A stretch of DNA of 64,000 nt from Chlamydiia bacterium (GTDB taxonomy: Bacteria; Chlamydiota; Chlamydiia; Chlamydiales; 2-12-FULL-49-11). Below are positions 1 to 9,226 of the stretch, piece after piece. The stretch spans positions 1-64,000 of the forward strand of contig JBIKLZ010000003.1 of assembly GCA_044359535.1 (NCBI GenBank). Reading direction: 5' to 3'. Both the position numbers and the translations under genes were made by a program. The notes beneath the pieces are model-generated. The model saw nothing but the letters and a program-made list of their open reading frames with translations. It was not told where the DNA came from and made no database searches. Positions within the stretch are counted from its first letter, which is position 1. The number at the start of each line of letters is the position of its first letter.

Positions 1-2
1 AG

Positions 3-323
3 TCTAATGCATTTTCCGATTATGAACTTGTTCACCTTTATGCCCATCCATACTCCCTTAACTGTTTTGAGCTAGCAATTATGTATCGCTGCTTTCCTCA
101 TTTTGAGGCCTTCCACAGAGAAAAAATGGGGGCTTTATCCCAACATATACAGCGTTTAAAGGAAAACACCCCTTTAATCACTGCTACTGATCTTATGGCT
201 TTAGGGATGGAAAAGGGGAAAGAATTAGGCCTTGCCCTTAAAAAAGCGTTGATTTTAACTATCAATCACAATTGCCTAACCAAAAAAGAGGTTCTTGCTT
301 TAATGAATTTGGAAAACAAGTAA
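3..323 (+). CDS. C-terminal part of probable CCA-adding tRNA nucleotidyltransferase / poly(A) polymerase family protein (5'-truncated by window)
   Basis: Frame is open from base 3 to the stop at 323; the tail PLITATDLMALGMEKGKELGLALKKA resembles the CCA-enzyme C-terminal motif (L.I.G.DL..LG...G..lG..L). Confidence 0.65.
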   Translation, partial: SNAFSDYELVHLYAHPYSLNCFELAIMYRCFPHFEAFHREKMGALSQHIQRLKENTPLITATDLMALGMEKGKELGLALKKALILTINHNCLTKKEVLALMNLENK

Positions 324-2153
324 TGTAATATCGTCAAACTGCTCTTTTTGACCCACAAAAAGTTTTATCTCCTCCATAATGTGGGCGACAAATTCCGATG
401 AGGTGGTCCCTTTAAATCTATTTAATGATTCAATAAACCTCTTTTCTGTGAAAAGCTCATCGACGCTATTTTGTGCTTCAATGACCCCATCTGTATAAAG
501 GATGCAAAAATCTCCATAATCCAAAGCAATCGATTCAAGCTCCACACTTTCAAGGGGGTTAATCCCTAATGCAATCCCCTTTGTTGTAAAATGTTCTATA
601 GCTCCCCCCTTTCTTTTTACAAAGACAGGTAAATGACCCGCATTTGTAAAGGTGAATTTTTTTTTCTCTTTATCCAAAAAACCGGTAACAAGGGTGACAA
701 AATTGCACGACTCTTTTGTATCTCCACAAAAAATATTATTTGTTTTTACAACTAAATCATTTAATCCTTTTCCATCTAAAGCTGCTGTTTTCAAAATACT
801 TCGGAGATCAAAGGAGTATAAGCAACTAGAAATCCCTTTCCCCACCCCATCTGCAATAGTGATAAGAATCACTTTATCAGAAATTTCCAAGTAATCATAA
901 AAATCCCCTGCTACCTCTTTTGCTGGAGAGTAGTAGGTTGCAATTTCTACCCCTTGAATTTCTGCCTCTTTTGAAGGAAGAAGGGCTTTTTGGATTTGAT
1001 GGCCAATTTGCAGCTCTTTTTCAAAAGCCTCTTTAAGACCCCTTTCGGTTTGAACTTGCTCAATATAGGTCTCTAAATTGTTCGTCATTTGATTAAAGGC
1101 CTCTCCTAGATGGTTGATCTCAAATCCGTAACGATCTTTTTGATAAAATACCTTTAAATCCCCCACCCCAACAGCGGTCATCACCCCTTTTAACTGTTGC
1201 ATTGGTTTAGACATCCTTTGTGTAAAAAGATAAGAAACAACCCCCCCTGCAACAACAATAAATGCAAAGGCAATAGCTAAACGAAATAGGAAGGATAAAA
1301 ATGTATTCATCGCCACATACTCAGAAACTGAAATGACCAAAATCAAATCACTATTTGGAAACTGACTTAACGAAATAAATTGCTTATTCCCTTCACTAAG
1401 AAAAAATTTCCCTCCTTGTATATAGGGAATTTTTTCTATTGTAAATCCATTATTCCCTTCCGTTTCTGAAAAGATCTTCCCTTGATACTCCTTTTTAGTT
1501 GTAGCTAGGATTTTTCCCCCTTTATCCATAATTGAAATATCAAGATTATCCATTTCTTCAAACGCTACCATTTTATATAAAAGGGTATCTAAAGCAATGG
1601 CTATCAAAACAACCCCCTCCACTTTTCCATCCACTAGAATAAGACTGCCTACATATAAACTAAGTCCAAGCTCTGGATCCTCCCCAATAAAAGCATTGCC
1701 CCCTTCTTTTTCAAGCTCTTTTATACTTTTAATTTGTGAAAAATCAAGACCGACAGTGTTTCTAAGGGTGCTACTTTGACAGATTAACTTCCCATCAGGA
1801 AAAGCTTTACAGTACATAATTGCCGAAATCTCTTGATTAGCGGTAAATTTTTGTAAAATTTTTGTCACCTCAGCATGACTGCTTTCTGTGGAATTTAAAT
1901 TAAAATTTTTAATAAATTCCTCTATCAGCATCAATGAATTTTTATAAATATCAACCCTTTCCTGAAGCCATGCCCTTTCTTCTTTTTGGATAAGCTCCAC
2001 ATCCTCAAAGAGATTTCTTACATATTGACGGTAGTCAACTAAATATAACACTCCAGAGTACAAAACCAAAGGGATAGCAAGAAAAATTAAGCTTATAGAT
2101 AATACTCTAAAACTTAAAGATCCTGATAACCCACTGCTTGCCTTTTTTGACAT
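300..2153 (-). CDS. rsbU: Membrane-bound PP2C/SpoIIE phosphatase (RsbU-like) with periplasmic sensor and HAMP domains
   Basis: Two TM segments, HAMP (PMQQLKGVM...EINHLGEAFNQM), SpoIIE motifs VAGDFYD, IADGVGKG, NAGH, LYTDGVIEA, DDITL. Confidence 0.88.
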   Translation of the reverse strand: MSKKASSGLSGSLSFRVLSISLIFLAIPLVLYSGVLYLVDYRQYVRNLFEDVELIQKEERAWLQERVDIYKNSLMLIEEFIKNFNLNSTESSHAEVTKILQKFTANQEISAIMYCKAFPDGKLICQSSTLRNTVGLDFSQIKSIKELEKEGGNAFIGEDPELGLSLYVGSLILVDGKVEGVVLIAIALDTLLYKMVAFEEMDNLDISIMDKGGKILATTKKEYQGKIFSETEGNNGFTIEKIPYIQGGKFFLSEGNKQFISLSQFPNSDLILVISVSEYVAMNTFLSFLFRLAIAFAFIVVAGGVVSYLFTQRMSKPMQQLKGVMTAVGVGDLKVFYQKDRYGFEINHLGEAFNQMTNNLETYIEQVQTERGLKEAFEKELQIGHQIQKALLPSKEAEIQGVEIATYYSPAKEVAGDFYDYLEISDKVILITIADGVGKGISSCLYSFDLRSILKTAALDGKGLNDLVVKTNNIFCGDTKESCNFVTLVTGFLDKEKKKFTFTNAGHLPVFVKRKGGAIEHFTTKGIALGINPLESVELESIALDYGDFCILYTDGVIEAQNSVDELFTEKRFIESLNRFKGTTSSEFVAHIMEEIKLFVGQKEQFDDITLLVFQIH

Positions 2154-2175
2154 AATCTGCCATCCTTTATCCTAT

Positions 2176-2895
2176 ATGAATACAATATCTTCAAAAAAAA
2201 ACCCCATTTTTACACATTTTAGCAAGCTGATCTCTTCAGCTTCCTATCGCTATTGTTGCCAAAGTGCTGTGATTTCTGGGGATATCTTAATACAAGAGAT
2301 CTCTTCTTTCTTACCTATCAAAACCCTCATCTCTCATCAAGAGATTTATTTAAAAGCAGAAAAATCCTTTATTTGTGAACCCTCCCTCTTAAAGACGATG
2401 GCAAAACTCCCTTCTATCCAAGGGGCTTTAGCTGAAATTGCCCTCCCCTCCTTTGTTTCTCTCTCATCAAAAAAGAAAATTGCTCTGTTTGACACAATTA
2501 CAGATCCTGGAAATATGGGGACCCTCATTCGCAGTGCCAAGGCTTTTGGGATCGAAGGGATCCACATTACAAAAGGGTCGTGCGATCCATTTAATGATAA
2601 AGTGATCCGAAGTTCAAAAGGGGCTGTTTTTTCTTTACCCATTTCTTATGAGCCTTTTACCCCATTAGACACTTCCCCTTTCAGGATGTTGCTTGCCGAT
2701 ATGGGGGGAAAAAGCTGTCACAATATTTCTCTTCATTCTCCTTTTTGCATCGTACTGAGCAACGAAACAAGGGGCCTAGACCCTAAATGGCATGGGGAAA
2801 AAATCTCTATACCGATCAATAAGGGGGTGGAATCACTCAATGTGGGTGTTGCAGGGTCAATCCTCTTTTATCAATTTTCGGGGGTCCAATGTTAG
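2176..2895 (+). CDS. TrmH/SpoU-family RNA 2'-O-methyltransferase
   Basis: SPOUT motifs DPGNMGTLIRSA, SNETRGL, ESLNVGVAG. Confidence 0.9.
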   Translation: MNTISSKKNPIFTHFSKLISSASYRYCCQSAVISGDILIQEISSFLPIKTLISHQEIYLKAEKSFICEPSLLKTMAKLPSIQGALAEIALPSFVSLSSKKKIALFDTITDPGNMGTLIRSAKAFGIEGIHITKGSCDPFNDKVIRSSKGAVFSLPISYEPFTPLDTSPFRMLLADMGGKSCHNISLHSPFCIVLSNETRGLDPKWHGEKISIPINKGVESLNVGVAGSILFYQFSGVQC

Positions 2896-3788
2896 GGAAA
2901 GTGATTTCCATACGGGGAAAACATATCCACGTACACATTGAAGATAGGGTTGAGTATTGCACTTTGAAAAATGCCTTACATAGAGAAAAAAGCGACCAAA
3001 AGGGGGCTATTACTATTGGCGATAGTGTTGAGGTCAATGACAACAACCAAATTGTGACAATACACAAAAGAAAGACCCTTCTTCAACGGACAGACCCTTT
3101 AAATCCAAGAAAGCGGCAAGTTATAGGGGCAAACATTGATCAAGTCTATATCACTTTTGCTATACAATCCCCTGATATCAACATCGCCATGGTGGATCGC
3201 TACATCATGGCAGCTCAAAAAGGGGATCTTACCCCCATCCTCCTTATCAATAAAATCGATTTGGGCAAGGGCAACGATGTTGAAGAACTTATAAAGATCT
3301 ACACAGACATCGGGATCAAGATCATCGCTGTTTCAACCTATACCGGTCAAGGGATGGATCGACTTAAAGAGCTCTTAAAGGGAAAAACATCGATGTTTGC
3401 TGGTCCCTCTGGAACTGGCAAAACCTCCCTTATTAATCACATTACAGGGAAAGAACTTTTAGTGGGAGAAATATCAGAAAGAATTCAAAAAGGGCGCCAT
3501 ACCACAACCTTTTCATCCCTTATCCCCCTTTCTTCAGATACCTTTATTATTGATACCCCAGGGATTGCCTCTTTTTCTGTCTTTGATCTTTCGGAAGTGG
3601 ATATTTCTGACTACTTTTCTGATTTATGTGAGCCTCTAGGACCTTGTAAATTTCGTACATGTACCCACACACATGAACCTTTATGTTCTGTAAAAGAGGC
3701 TTTTGCCAAAAATCTTATCCCCTCCATCCGTTTTTTCTCCCATCAAACAATTATTAATGAAATAGTACACAAAGAATCTCTCTATTAG
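2889..3788 (+). CDS. rsgA: Ribosome small subunit-dependent GTPase A
   Basis: Circularly permuted GTPase motifs NKID, GPSGTGKTS, GRHTT, DTPG and Zn site CKFRTCTHTHEPLC. Confidence 0.95.
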   Translation: MLGKVISIRGKHIHVHIEDRVEYCTLKNALHREKSDQKGAITIGDSVEVNDNNQIVTIHKRKTLLQRTDPLNPRKRQVIGANIDQVYITFAIQSPDINIAMVDRYIMAAQKGDLTPILLINKIDLGKGNDVEELIKIYTDIGIKIIAVSTYTGQGMDRLKELLKGKTSMFAGPSGTGKTSLINHITGKELLVGEISERIQKGRHTTTFSSLIPLSSDTFIIDTPGIASFSVFDLSEVDISDYFSDLCEPLGPCKFRTCTHTHEPLCSVKEAFAKNLIPSIRFFSHQTIINEIVHKESLY

Positions 3789-3829
3789 ACCCCTTGCATA
3801 AAAAGAAATTTTTGTTAGGGTTCAATTAT

Positions 3830-5077
3830 ATGAGTATTATTTTCGATATTAAGGGTTATGAGCTTCTTGACTCTAGGGGCTTTCCCACTGTGGGTTGTAG
3901 AGTAAAAAGCAAAAGTGGCTTTTTTGGTTTTTCAATTGTCCCCTCAGGGGCTTCAAAAGGGGCTCATGAAGCCTTTGAACTTCGCGACAACAACCCCTCT
4001 CGATATGGAGGAAAAGGGGTTTTAAAAGCTATCTCTCATATCGAAGGGGTTATAAAACAAACCCTTGTGGGGATGGATCTTTTTGACCAACAAGGGATTG
4101 ATGATGCCATGAACCGTTTAGATCATACTCCCGATAAATCCAATCTTGGGGCAAATGCCATTTTAGCTGTCTCCCTTGCGGTTGCAAGGTGTGCAGCAAA
4201 CATTCAAGGGAAACCTTTATACCGTTATCTTGGAGCGCAAGAAGTGATCCTCCCTACCCCTATGATGAATATTATTAATGGGGGTCTTCATGCAGATAAT
4301 GGACTTAATTTTCAAGAGTTTATGATCTATCCTCATGGATTTGATTCCTTTTCTGAAAAAATACGTGCAGGAAGTGAGGTGTTCCACACCCTTAAAAAGA
4401 TCCTTACTCAAAGGGGCCTTTCTACCTCTGTTGGGGATGAAGGGGGATTTGCCCCTCATTTAAAATCTGCTGAAGAGGCGCTAGATCTTATCCTTATGGC
4501 TATTGATAGGGCTCATTATCAACCCTCCACACAGATATCCATTGCATTAGACTGCGCAGCATCAAATTTTTATGAAAAAGATGGGTACTTCATTGAAAAG
4601 AACGATCCAAAAAAGGGGATGAGGACTTCAGAACAACAAATAGCCTACTTAAAAGAACTTATTCACAAATATCCCATTACCTCGATTGAAGATGGCCTTG
4701 ATGAAGAGGATTGGGGAGGGTGGCACACCCTTACAAAAGAGTGTCATGGTATACAGATTGTGGGAGATGACATTTTTGTAACGAATAAAACATTTCTTGC
4801 AAAAGGGATTGCCCAAAAAGTTGCTAATGCCATTTTGATTAAGCCTAATCAAATTGGGACCCTTAGTGAAACCCTTGAAACCATTGCTTTTGCTAAAAGG
4901 CACCGTTATGAGTGCATCCTTTCCCACCGATCAGGGGATACAGAAGATAGTTTTATCGCCGACTTAGGGGTAGCAGTGGGTGCCACAATGATTAAAACCG
5001 GATCATTGTCACGGTCAGAAAGGGTTTGCAAGTATAACCGCCTTTTGGAAATAGAAAAAAACACTTCCCACCAATAG
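3830..5077 (+). CDS. eno: Enolase
   Basis: LDSRG.PTV, VPSGAS, GDEGGFAP, LIKPNQIG, SHRSG.TED, KTGS..RSER; ATG at 3830 preferred over TTG at 3794. Confidence 0.97.
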   Translation: MSIIFDIKGYELLDSRGFPTVGCRVKSKSGFFGFSIVPSGASKGAHEAFELRDNNPSRYGGKGVLKAISHIEGVIKQTLVGMDLFDQQGIDDAMNRLDHTPDKSNLGANAILAVSLAVARCAANIQGKPLYRYLGAQEVILPTPMMNIINGGLHADNGLNFQEFMIYPHGFDSFSEKIRAGSEVFHTLKKILTQRGLSTSVGDEGGFAPHLKSAEEALDLILMAIDRAHYQPSTQISIALDCAASNFYEKDGYFIEKNDPKKGMRTSEQQIAYLKELIHKYPITSIEDGLDEEDWGGWHTLTKECHGIQIVGDDIFVTNKTFLAKGIAQKVANAILIKPNQIGTLSETLETIAFAKRHRYECILSHRSGDTEDSFIADLGVAVGATMIKTGSLSRSERVCKYNRLLEIEKNTSHQ

Positions 5078-5103
5078 CATTTTGATCTATCCTTAACGGC
5101 ACT

Positions 5104-6027
5104 ATGAAATGGTTGAGCCTTATTTTTTATTGCACCTTTATGTTTGCTCACACTTCAGAGATCTATGAGCTTTGTAAAGAATTTAAAAGAGACTTTACTC
5201 TCTTTAATTTAGGCGCAAAAGATGGGGAGCTTGCTTTTTCTCTATCAAAAACATTTAAAAACGCAAAAGTGATTATGGTTGAAGACAACAACCCTCATTC
5301 CCTTTCTCTTGCAAGTGCCTTATTAAAAAAGTGTTCAGAGGACAAAGGGGGCAATACCCCCATGCTCCTTCATCTTCGCTTTAAAGCTACAGATTTTGAG
5401 AATCTTTCTCATTGTAATTATTTTGATGTGGTTACTGTTATTGGCAAAAGCACCTACACAGCAAAACAACCCTCTTATGTCGATCTTAAGGATTATGTTA
5501 AAGGGCTTTTAAGCCTTGGATGGCACACTTTTATTGAAGCCCACCCTTCTTCAGATCTATATCATGTCCTTGAAGAGTTTCACCCCGAAAAGATCATTGA
5601 AGGGGAAAGCTCTTGCCTCTTTCATTTTATTTCTGAAAAAAGGGGTCTTTCAAAAGCCCATCTTTTTAGTTCGGAAACGCAAAGATCCATTTGTGTCGAT
5701 TTTGAACAAAACAGTGAAATCTTTCACGGGAACGCCCCTTTTAAAACCCTTATTTTACAACGCCCTGCAGGCCTTTCTCTCATAGATTTTAAAGGGCTAT
5801 ACGGAGCTTTTCCAACCTCTTTTGATTTACATCAGTTTCATAATAGCCTTTTTGTTCCAAAAAAGTACATCGTATACCCCCATGAAATGATTGTTACTGT
5901 CAATGGACTGCTTTTAGCAAGTAAAAATAGCCTATGCAAAGAATGTAAACCCTATGAACAAGGTTTTATAAACGCTCTTATCGATAGCAAGACACAATCA
6001 GAAATAAAAGATCTCTTAAAAAATTAG
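5104..6027 (+). CDS. Exported hypothetical protein with degenerate class I SAM-methyltransferase-like N-domain
   Basis: Signal-peptide-like N-terminus; FNLGAKDGELAF...VIMVE...YFDVV resembles motif I/II/post-II of Rossmann MTases. Confidence 0.45.
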   Translation: MKWLSLIFYCTFMFAHTSEIYELCKEFKRDFTLFNLGAKDGELAFSLSKTFKNAKVIMVEDNNPHSLSLASALLKKCSEDKGGNTPMLLHLRFKATDFENLSHCNYFDVVTVIGKSTYTAKQPSYVDLKDYVKGLLSLGWHTFIEAHPSSDLYHVLEEFHPEKIIEGESSCLFHFISEKRGLSKAHLFSSETQRSICVDFEQNSEIFHGNAPFKTLILQRPAGLSLIDFKGLYGAFPTSFDLHQFHNSLFVPKKYIVYPHEMIVTVNGLLLASKNSLCKECKPYEQGFINALIDSKTQSEIKDLLKN

Positions 6028-6611
6028 CACTTTTCTGAGCAATAGGCATCTAGCTCTTTTTTATTTGTTTTAAAGGCCTTATCCCCTTCATGCCAATTAG
6101 CAGGACACACCTCCCCATTTTTTTCAAAATGTTGCAACGCTTGAAGAACTCGTATTGCTTCATCGACACTTCTTCCAATAGGGGTGTCATTGACAAGTTG
6201 ATGCCTAATTACCCCTTGACGGTCAATAATAAACAGACCTCTATAGGCAATGGCATCCTCTTCTTTTAATACATCATAGGAGCGTATAAAGTCTAGTTTC
6301 ATATCGGCAATTAAAGGGTAGCTCACCCCTTTAATTCCACCATGATTTTTTTCTGTGGCAAGCCATGCAATGTGAGAGTACGCACTATCTCTTGAACAGG
6401 CAATCACTTCTGCCCCCAAAGACTTGAATTGCTCATATTTTTGTTGAAAGGCATGCAATTCTGTTGGGCAAACAAAAGTAAAATCTAACGGATAGAAAAA
6501 AAGAAGGACATACTTTCCTTCATACTTTTGAATAGAAAAATCATGAACAATAGCACCATTTACCACTGCAGACGCTTTAACTTGGGGAATTTTTTTTCCT
6601 ATTAAACTCAT
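6024..6611 (-). CDS. ahpC: 2-Cys peroxiredoxin (AhpC/TSA)
   Basis: FYPLDFTFVCPTE and GEVCPANW motifs. Confidence 0.96.
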   Translation of the reverse strand: MSLIGKKIPQVKASAVVNGAIVHDFSIQKYEGKYVLLFFYPLDFTFVCPTELHAFQQKYEQFKSLGAEVIACSRDSAYSHIAWLATEKNHGGIKGVSYPLIADMKLDFIRSYDVLKEEDAIAYRGLFIIDRQGVIRHQLVNDTPIGRSVDEAIRVLQALQHFEKNGEVCPANWHEGDKAFKTNKKELDAYCSEKC

Positions 6612-6652
6612 GAAATCAGTGTAACAAAAAGACTTTCATTTTACAATGAATT

Positions 6653-7057
6653 TTAATTCCACCCTTGGGTCCAAGCATCTAAAGAATTTCCCCTAAATCT
6701 TTGGGTAGAAAGTCTGACTCTATTGCTTTTATTTGCTCTATGTTTGGAGTCAAAAGAAGGTCGATCTGATTTTAACCCTTTTTTTGCATTTCTAATACAA
6801 TTACGAATTTTCTCACCAATCAAGGCAGATTGATCCCCATTTACCCCTATAAAGCTCATCCTTAGTTTAGAAACACTGTTTTTAAACTCCATTTTTAGAG
6901 GAAAGCTCCCCTTTAACCTAAAAATCTCCTTCACAATATCCAAAACCTTTTGATTGATGGTGGGTGTAGAAAAATTAAGGAGGACATGCAATGTTGAGAC
7001 ATTTTTTTCACTTCTTAAAGAGAACATGTAAGATAAATGACTCATAATAATTTCCAA
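6653..7057 (-). CDS. Hypothetical protein (basic, orphan)
   Basis: 134-aa ORF filling the gap between ahpC and tRNA-Arg; no recognisable motif. Confidence 0.55.
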   Translation of the reverse strand: MEIIMSHLSYMFSLRSEKNVSTLHVLLNFSTPTINQKVLDIVKEIFRLKGSFPLKMEFKNSVSKLRMSFIGVNGDQSALIGEKIRNCIRNAKKGLKSDRPSFDSKHRANKSNRVRLSTQRFRGNSLDAWTQGWN

Positions 7058-7171
7058 TAAAAATTGGATAAATTATAATTTTTAAGGGTTTTTTTGTAAA
7101 GGGGGGATGAATGAAAATAAATTCCCCTTCCTAAAAATCCATCAACAAAGTACACTATACTCCACTTCTTT

Positions 7172-7244
7172 GCACTGGTAGCTCAACGGATAGAGCACCT
7201 GGCTACGGACCAGGAGGTTAGAGGTTCGAGTCCTCTCCAGTGCG
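7172..7244 (+). tRNA. tRNA-Arg(ACG), CCA not encoded
   Basis: Cloverleaf: acceptor GCACTGG/CCAGTGC, D arm GCTC/GAGC, anticodon arm CCTGG-CTACGGA-CCAGG, T arm AGAGG-TTCGAGT-CCTCT; followed by CTT rather than CCA. Confidence 0.97.
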
Positions 7245-7271
7245 CTTTTACACAGTAGCCCTCTATTAGAT

Positions 7272-7841
7272 ATGATCGATTGGAAAGAAATTTGGAAAAT
7301 TCATAGCCCCTACTACAAAGATGGAACATTTGCCCTCCTTTTACCCAATAATAAAGAGGTCCTTTTCGAACCTGGCCCCGCTTTTGGAGATGGCTCTCAC
7401 CCAACAACCAATCTCATGTTAGAACATTTACCCTCTATTGTAGAGGACAAAATTGTGGTCGATGTGGGAGCTGGAAGTGGGATCTTATCGTTAGCTGCAT
7501 CAAAACTTTCAGCAAAACAGGTTTTTGCCTTAGAAATTGACCCCCCTTCCATAGAAACCATGAAAAAAAATATAGCGTTGAATAAGGTTGAAAATATTTC
7601 TATCAATCAAAGACCCGATCATTTTGATGTGGTCCTTATCAATATGATCTCATCTGAACAAAAGATAGCTTTGAATGCCTATCCATACCTTCTTAAAAAA
7701 AGGGCTCTTTTCCTTATCTCCGGCCTTTTAGAAGAAGAGGTAAAAGAAGCTCAAAAGACCTTTGGCCCCTTTTTGCCCCTTAAAATTGAAACACGGGAAA
7801 AGTGGGCTTTTATCCTTTGTGAAAGAGAAGTAACTTCTTAA
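7272..7841 (+). CDS. prmA: PrmA-like ribosomal protein L11 methyltransferase (short, catalytic domain only)
   Basis: PGPAFGDGSHPTT, VVDVGAGSGILS, EIDP, LISGLL. Confidence 0.8.
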   Translation: MIDWKEIWKIHSPYYKDGTFALLLPNNKEVLFEPGPAFGDGSHPTTNLMLEHLPSIVEDKIVVDVGAGSGILSLAASKLSAKQVFALEIDPPSIETMKKNIALNKVENISINQRPDHFDVVLINMISSEQKIALNAYPYLLKKRALFLISGLLEEEVKEAQKTFGPFLPLKIETREKWAFILCEREVTS

Positions 7842-8353
7842 AGTCCCCTTTTCCTTCTAAAACCTGCCCATATTTCTTTTAATTTTCTGTTCAAAGTGTG
7901 TATAAAATCTCGTCTTTTTTGAAGATCGCTTATTGGAGAAGTTGAAAAGCTCTCATCACTATTGCTGCTTGAGATCTGATCGTTTACATCTAAATAGCGT
8001 CCATATGGAATGTTAACTGGCACATTTCTTGAAGAACCTTCTTTAAGCCAAGCATTGAGCTGAAAAGAAGGGCGTTGTTTGCTAAACGTGCCAAACAGAA
8101 CTTGATCTACAACCTCTTCAATTTTTTTACGCTCATCCGAAGGGATGCTTTTTAAAAAAAGAGTCCATTGCAAAGAACCGTTTTCTGAGGTGCTTTCATA
8201 GGTATAGTTTTTCCTATTCCTAATCACTTCCTTTATCCTTTCATCGATAGCAATGATTTGAGGAGAAGTAATGCCCTTAAAAGTCCCTTTTAAAACAAAG
8301 CACCCCTCTCTTTGAATACGACTCCATTGATAATCGACATGGGAGTACTCCAT
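7838..8353 (-). CDS. Hypothetical protein
   Basis: ORF with probable ATG at 8353 (track start 8407); Ser-rich linker and basic C-terminus (FRRKRGL). Confidence 0.55.
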   Translation of the reverse strand: MEYSHVDYQWSRIQREGCFVLKGTFKGITSPQIIAIDERIKEVIRNRKNYTYESTSENGSLQWTLFLKSIPSDERKKIEEVVDQVLFGTFSKQRPSFQLNAWLKEGSSRNVPVNIPYGRYLDVNDQISSSNSDESFSTSPISDLQKRRDFIHTLNRKLKEIWAGFRRKRGL

Positions 8354-8410
8354 AGATAACCCTTTTTTTATAAAAAGGATATAGTGCCCATGGAAAAAAA
8401 TCCACAATTA

Positions 8411-8908
8411 TTAATTTAAAGGGGGCCATCCTTGGGGGTCATTTTTAGGTGTTGAAATCCAACGGGAAAAAAGATCAAACATTGCAATTGCCTCCTCAAT
8501 TTCTAAAGGAAAAAACTCAACCTGATTAATTGCTCCTCCATTTAATGGAACCATCGATTTTATCGATTTAAAGACCCCTTTATATTCATCAAAATTTCTA
8601 TAGAGAATATAATAATTTATCCCAAAACTCTCTTGATCGTCAGTAGCGATAAATTGAACATAGAGGTCATTTCCTAATTCCAAAAAATTTCCTGATTCAT
8701 TAATATTCAAGAAACATTTTTTTTCACTGAATTTTTTTACTACTTCTTCTTGAGCTATATTAAATATCTTTGTTAAACGGAAAAAAACACTTCTAATGAC
8801 TTCTTGATTAGGATGCCTTGCTGAGCCATACTCAAACTTTTGCCCATTCCCAACATTTATTTGAGCTAAAAAACCAATAGGTGGCTGCGTATCAAAACAT
8901 GTGATCAT
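8411..8908 (-). CDS. Hypothetical protein
   Basis: 165-aa ATG ORF with AGGA RBS upstream; ends DPQGWPPLN. Confidence 0.6.
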   Translation of the reverse strand: MITCFDTQPPIGFLAQINVGNGQKFEYGSARHPNQEVIRSVFFRLTKIFNIAQEEVVKKFSEKKCFLNINESGNFLELGNDLYVQFIATDDQESFGINYYILYRNFDEYKGVFKSIKSMVPLNGGAINQVEFFPLEIEEAIAMFDLFSRWISTPKNDPQGWPPLN

Positions 8909-8935
8909 AAAACATCCTTGTATTCATTTTTATCT

Positions 8936-9148
8936 TTACTTAGAAAGTTTTGGCCATCCAGCTGGGTTAACAGCAGGCCCTAGATATCTTTGAGCTATCA
9001 CTGTTGTGGGCGATGGTTCTCTAGAAAGGGTTACTTTAACGTTCTTTTCCTTTCTGACTATTTCTACGTATGTCGGTTCTTTAAGATCCAGTGCCTCGTT
9101 GTTGCCTATTGCGTATTGACTTGTTGTTGTTGTTCCATATGGTTGCAT
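8936..9148 (-). CDS. Small hypothetical protein
   Basis: 70 aa, AAGGGG RBS upstream, Thr-rich N-terminus, ends NPAGWPKLSK. Confidence 0.55.
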   Translation of the reverse strand: MQPYGTTTTSQYAIGNNEALDLKEPTYVEIVRKEKNVKVTLSREPSPTTVIAQRYLGPAVNPAGWPKLSK

Positions 9149-9226
9149 ACATTCCCCCTTGTAAAAAAACCAAGAGGTTACTCTGCCTAGTTATTTAAGT
9201 AAAGAAAAATCAATTGATTAAGCTTT

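Noticed and set aside
7183-7407. 74-aa minus-strand ORF
   Set aside because: Antisense to tRNA-Arg and prmA; spurious
7245-9226. Genomic island integrated at tRNA-Arg
   Set aside because: No integrase and no duplicated tRNA 3' end (att site) seen
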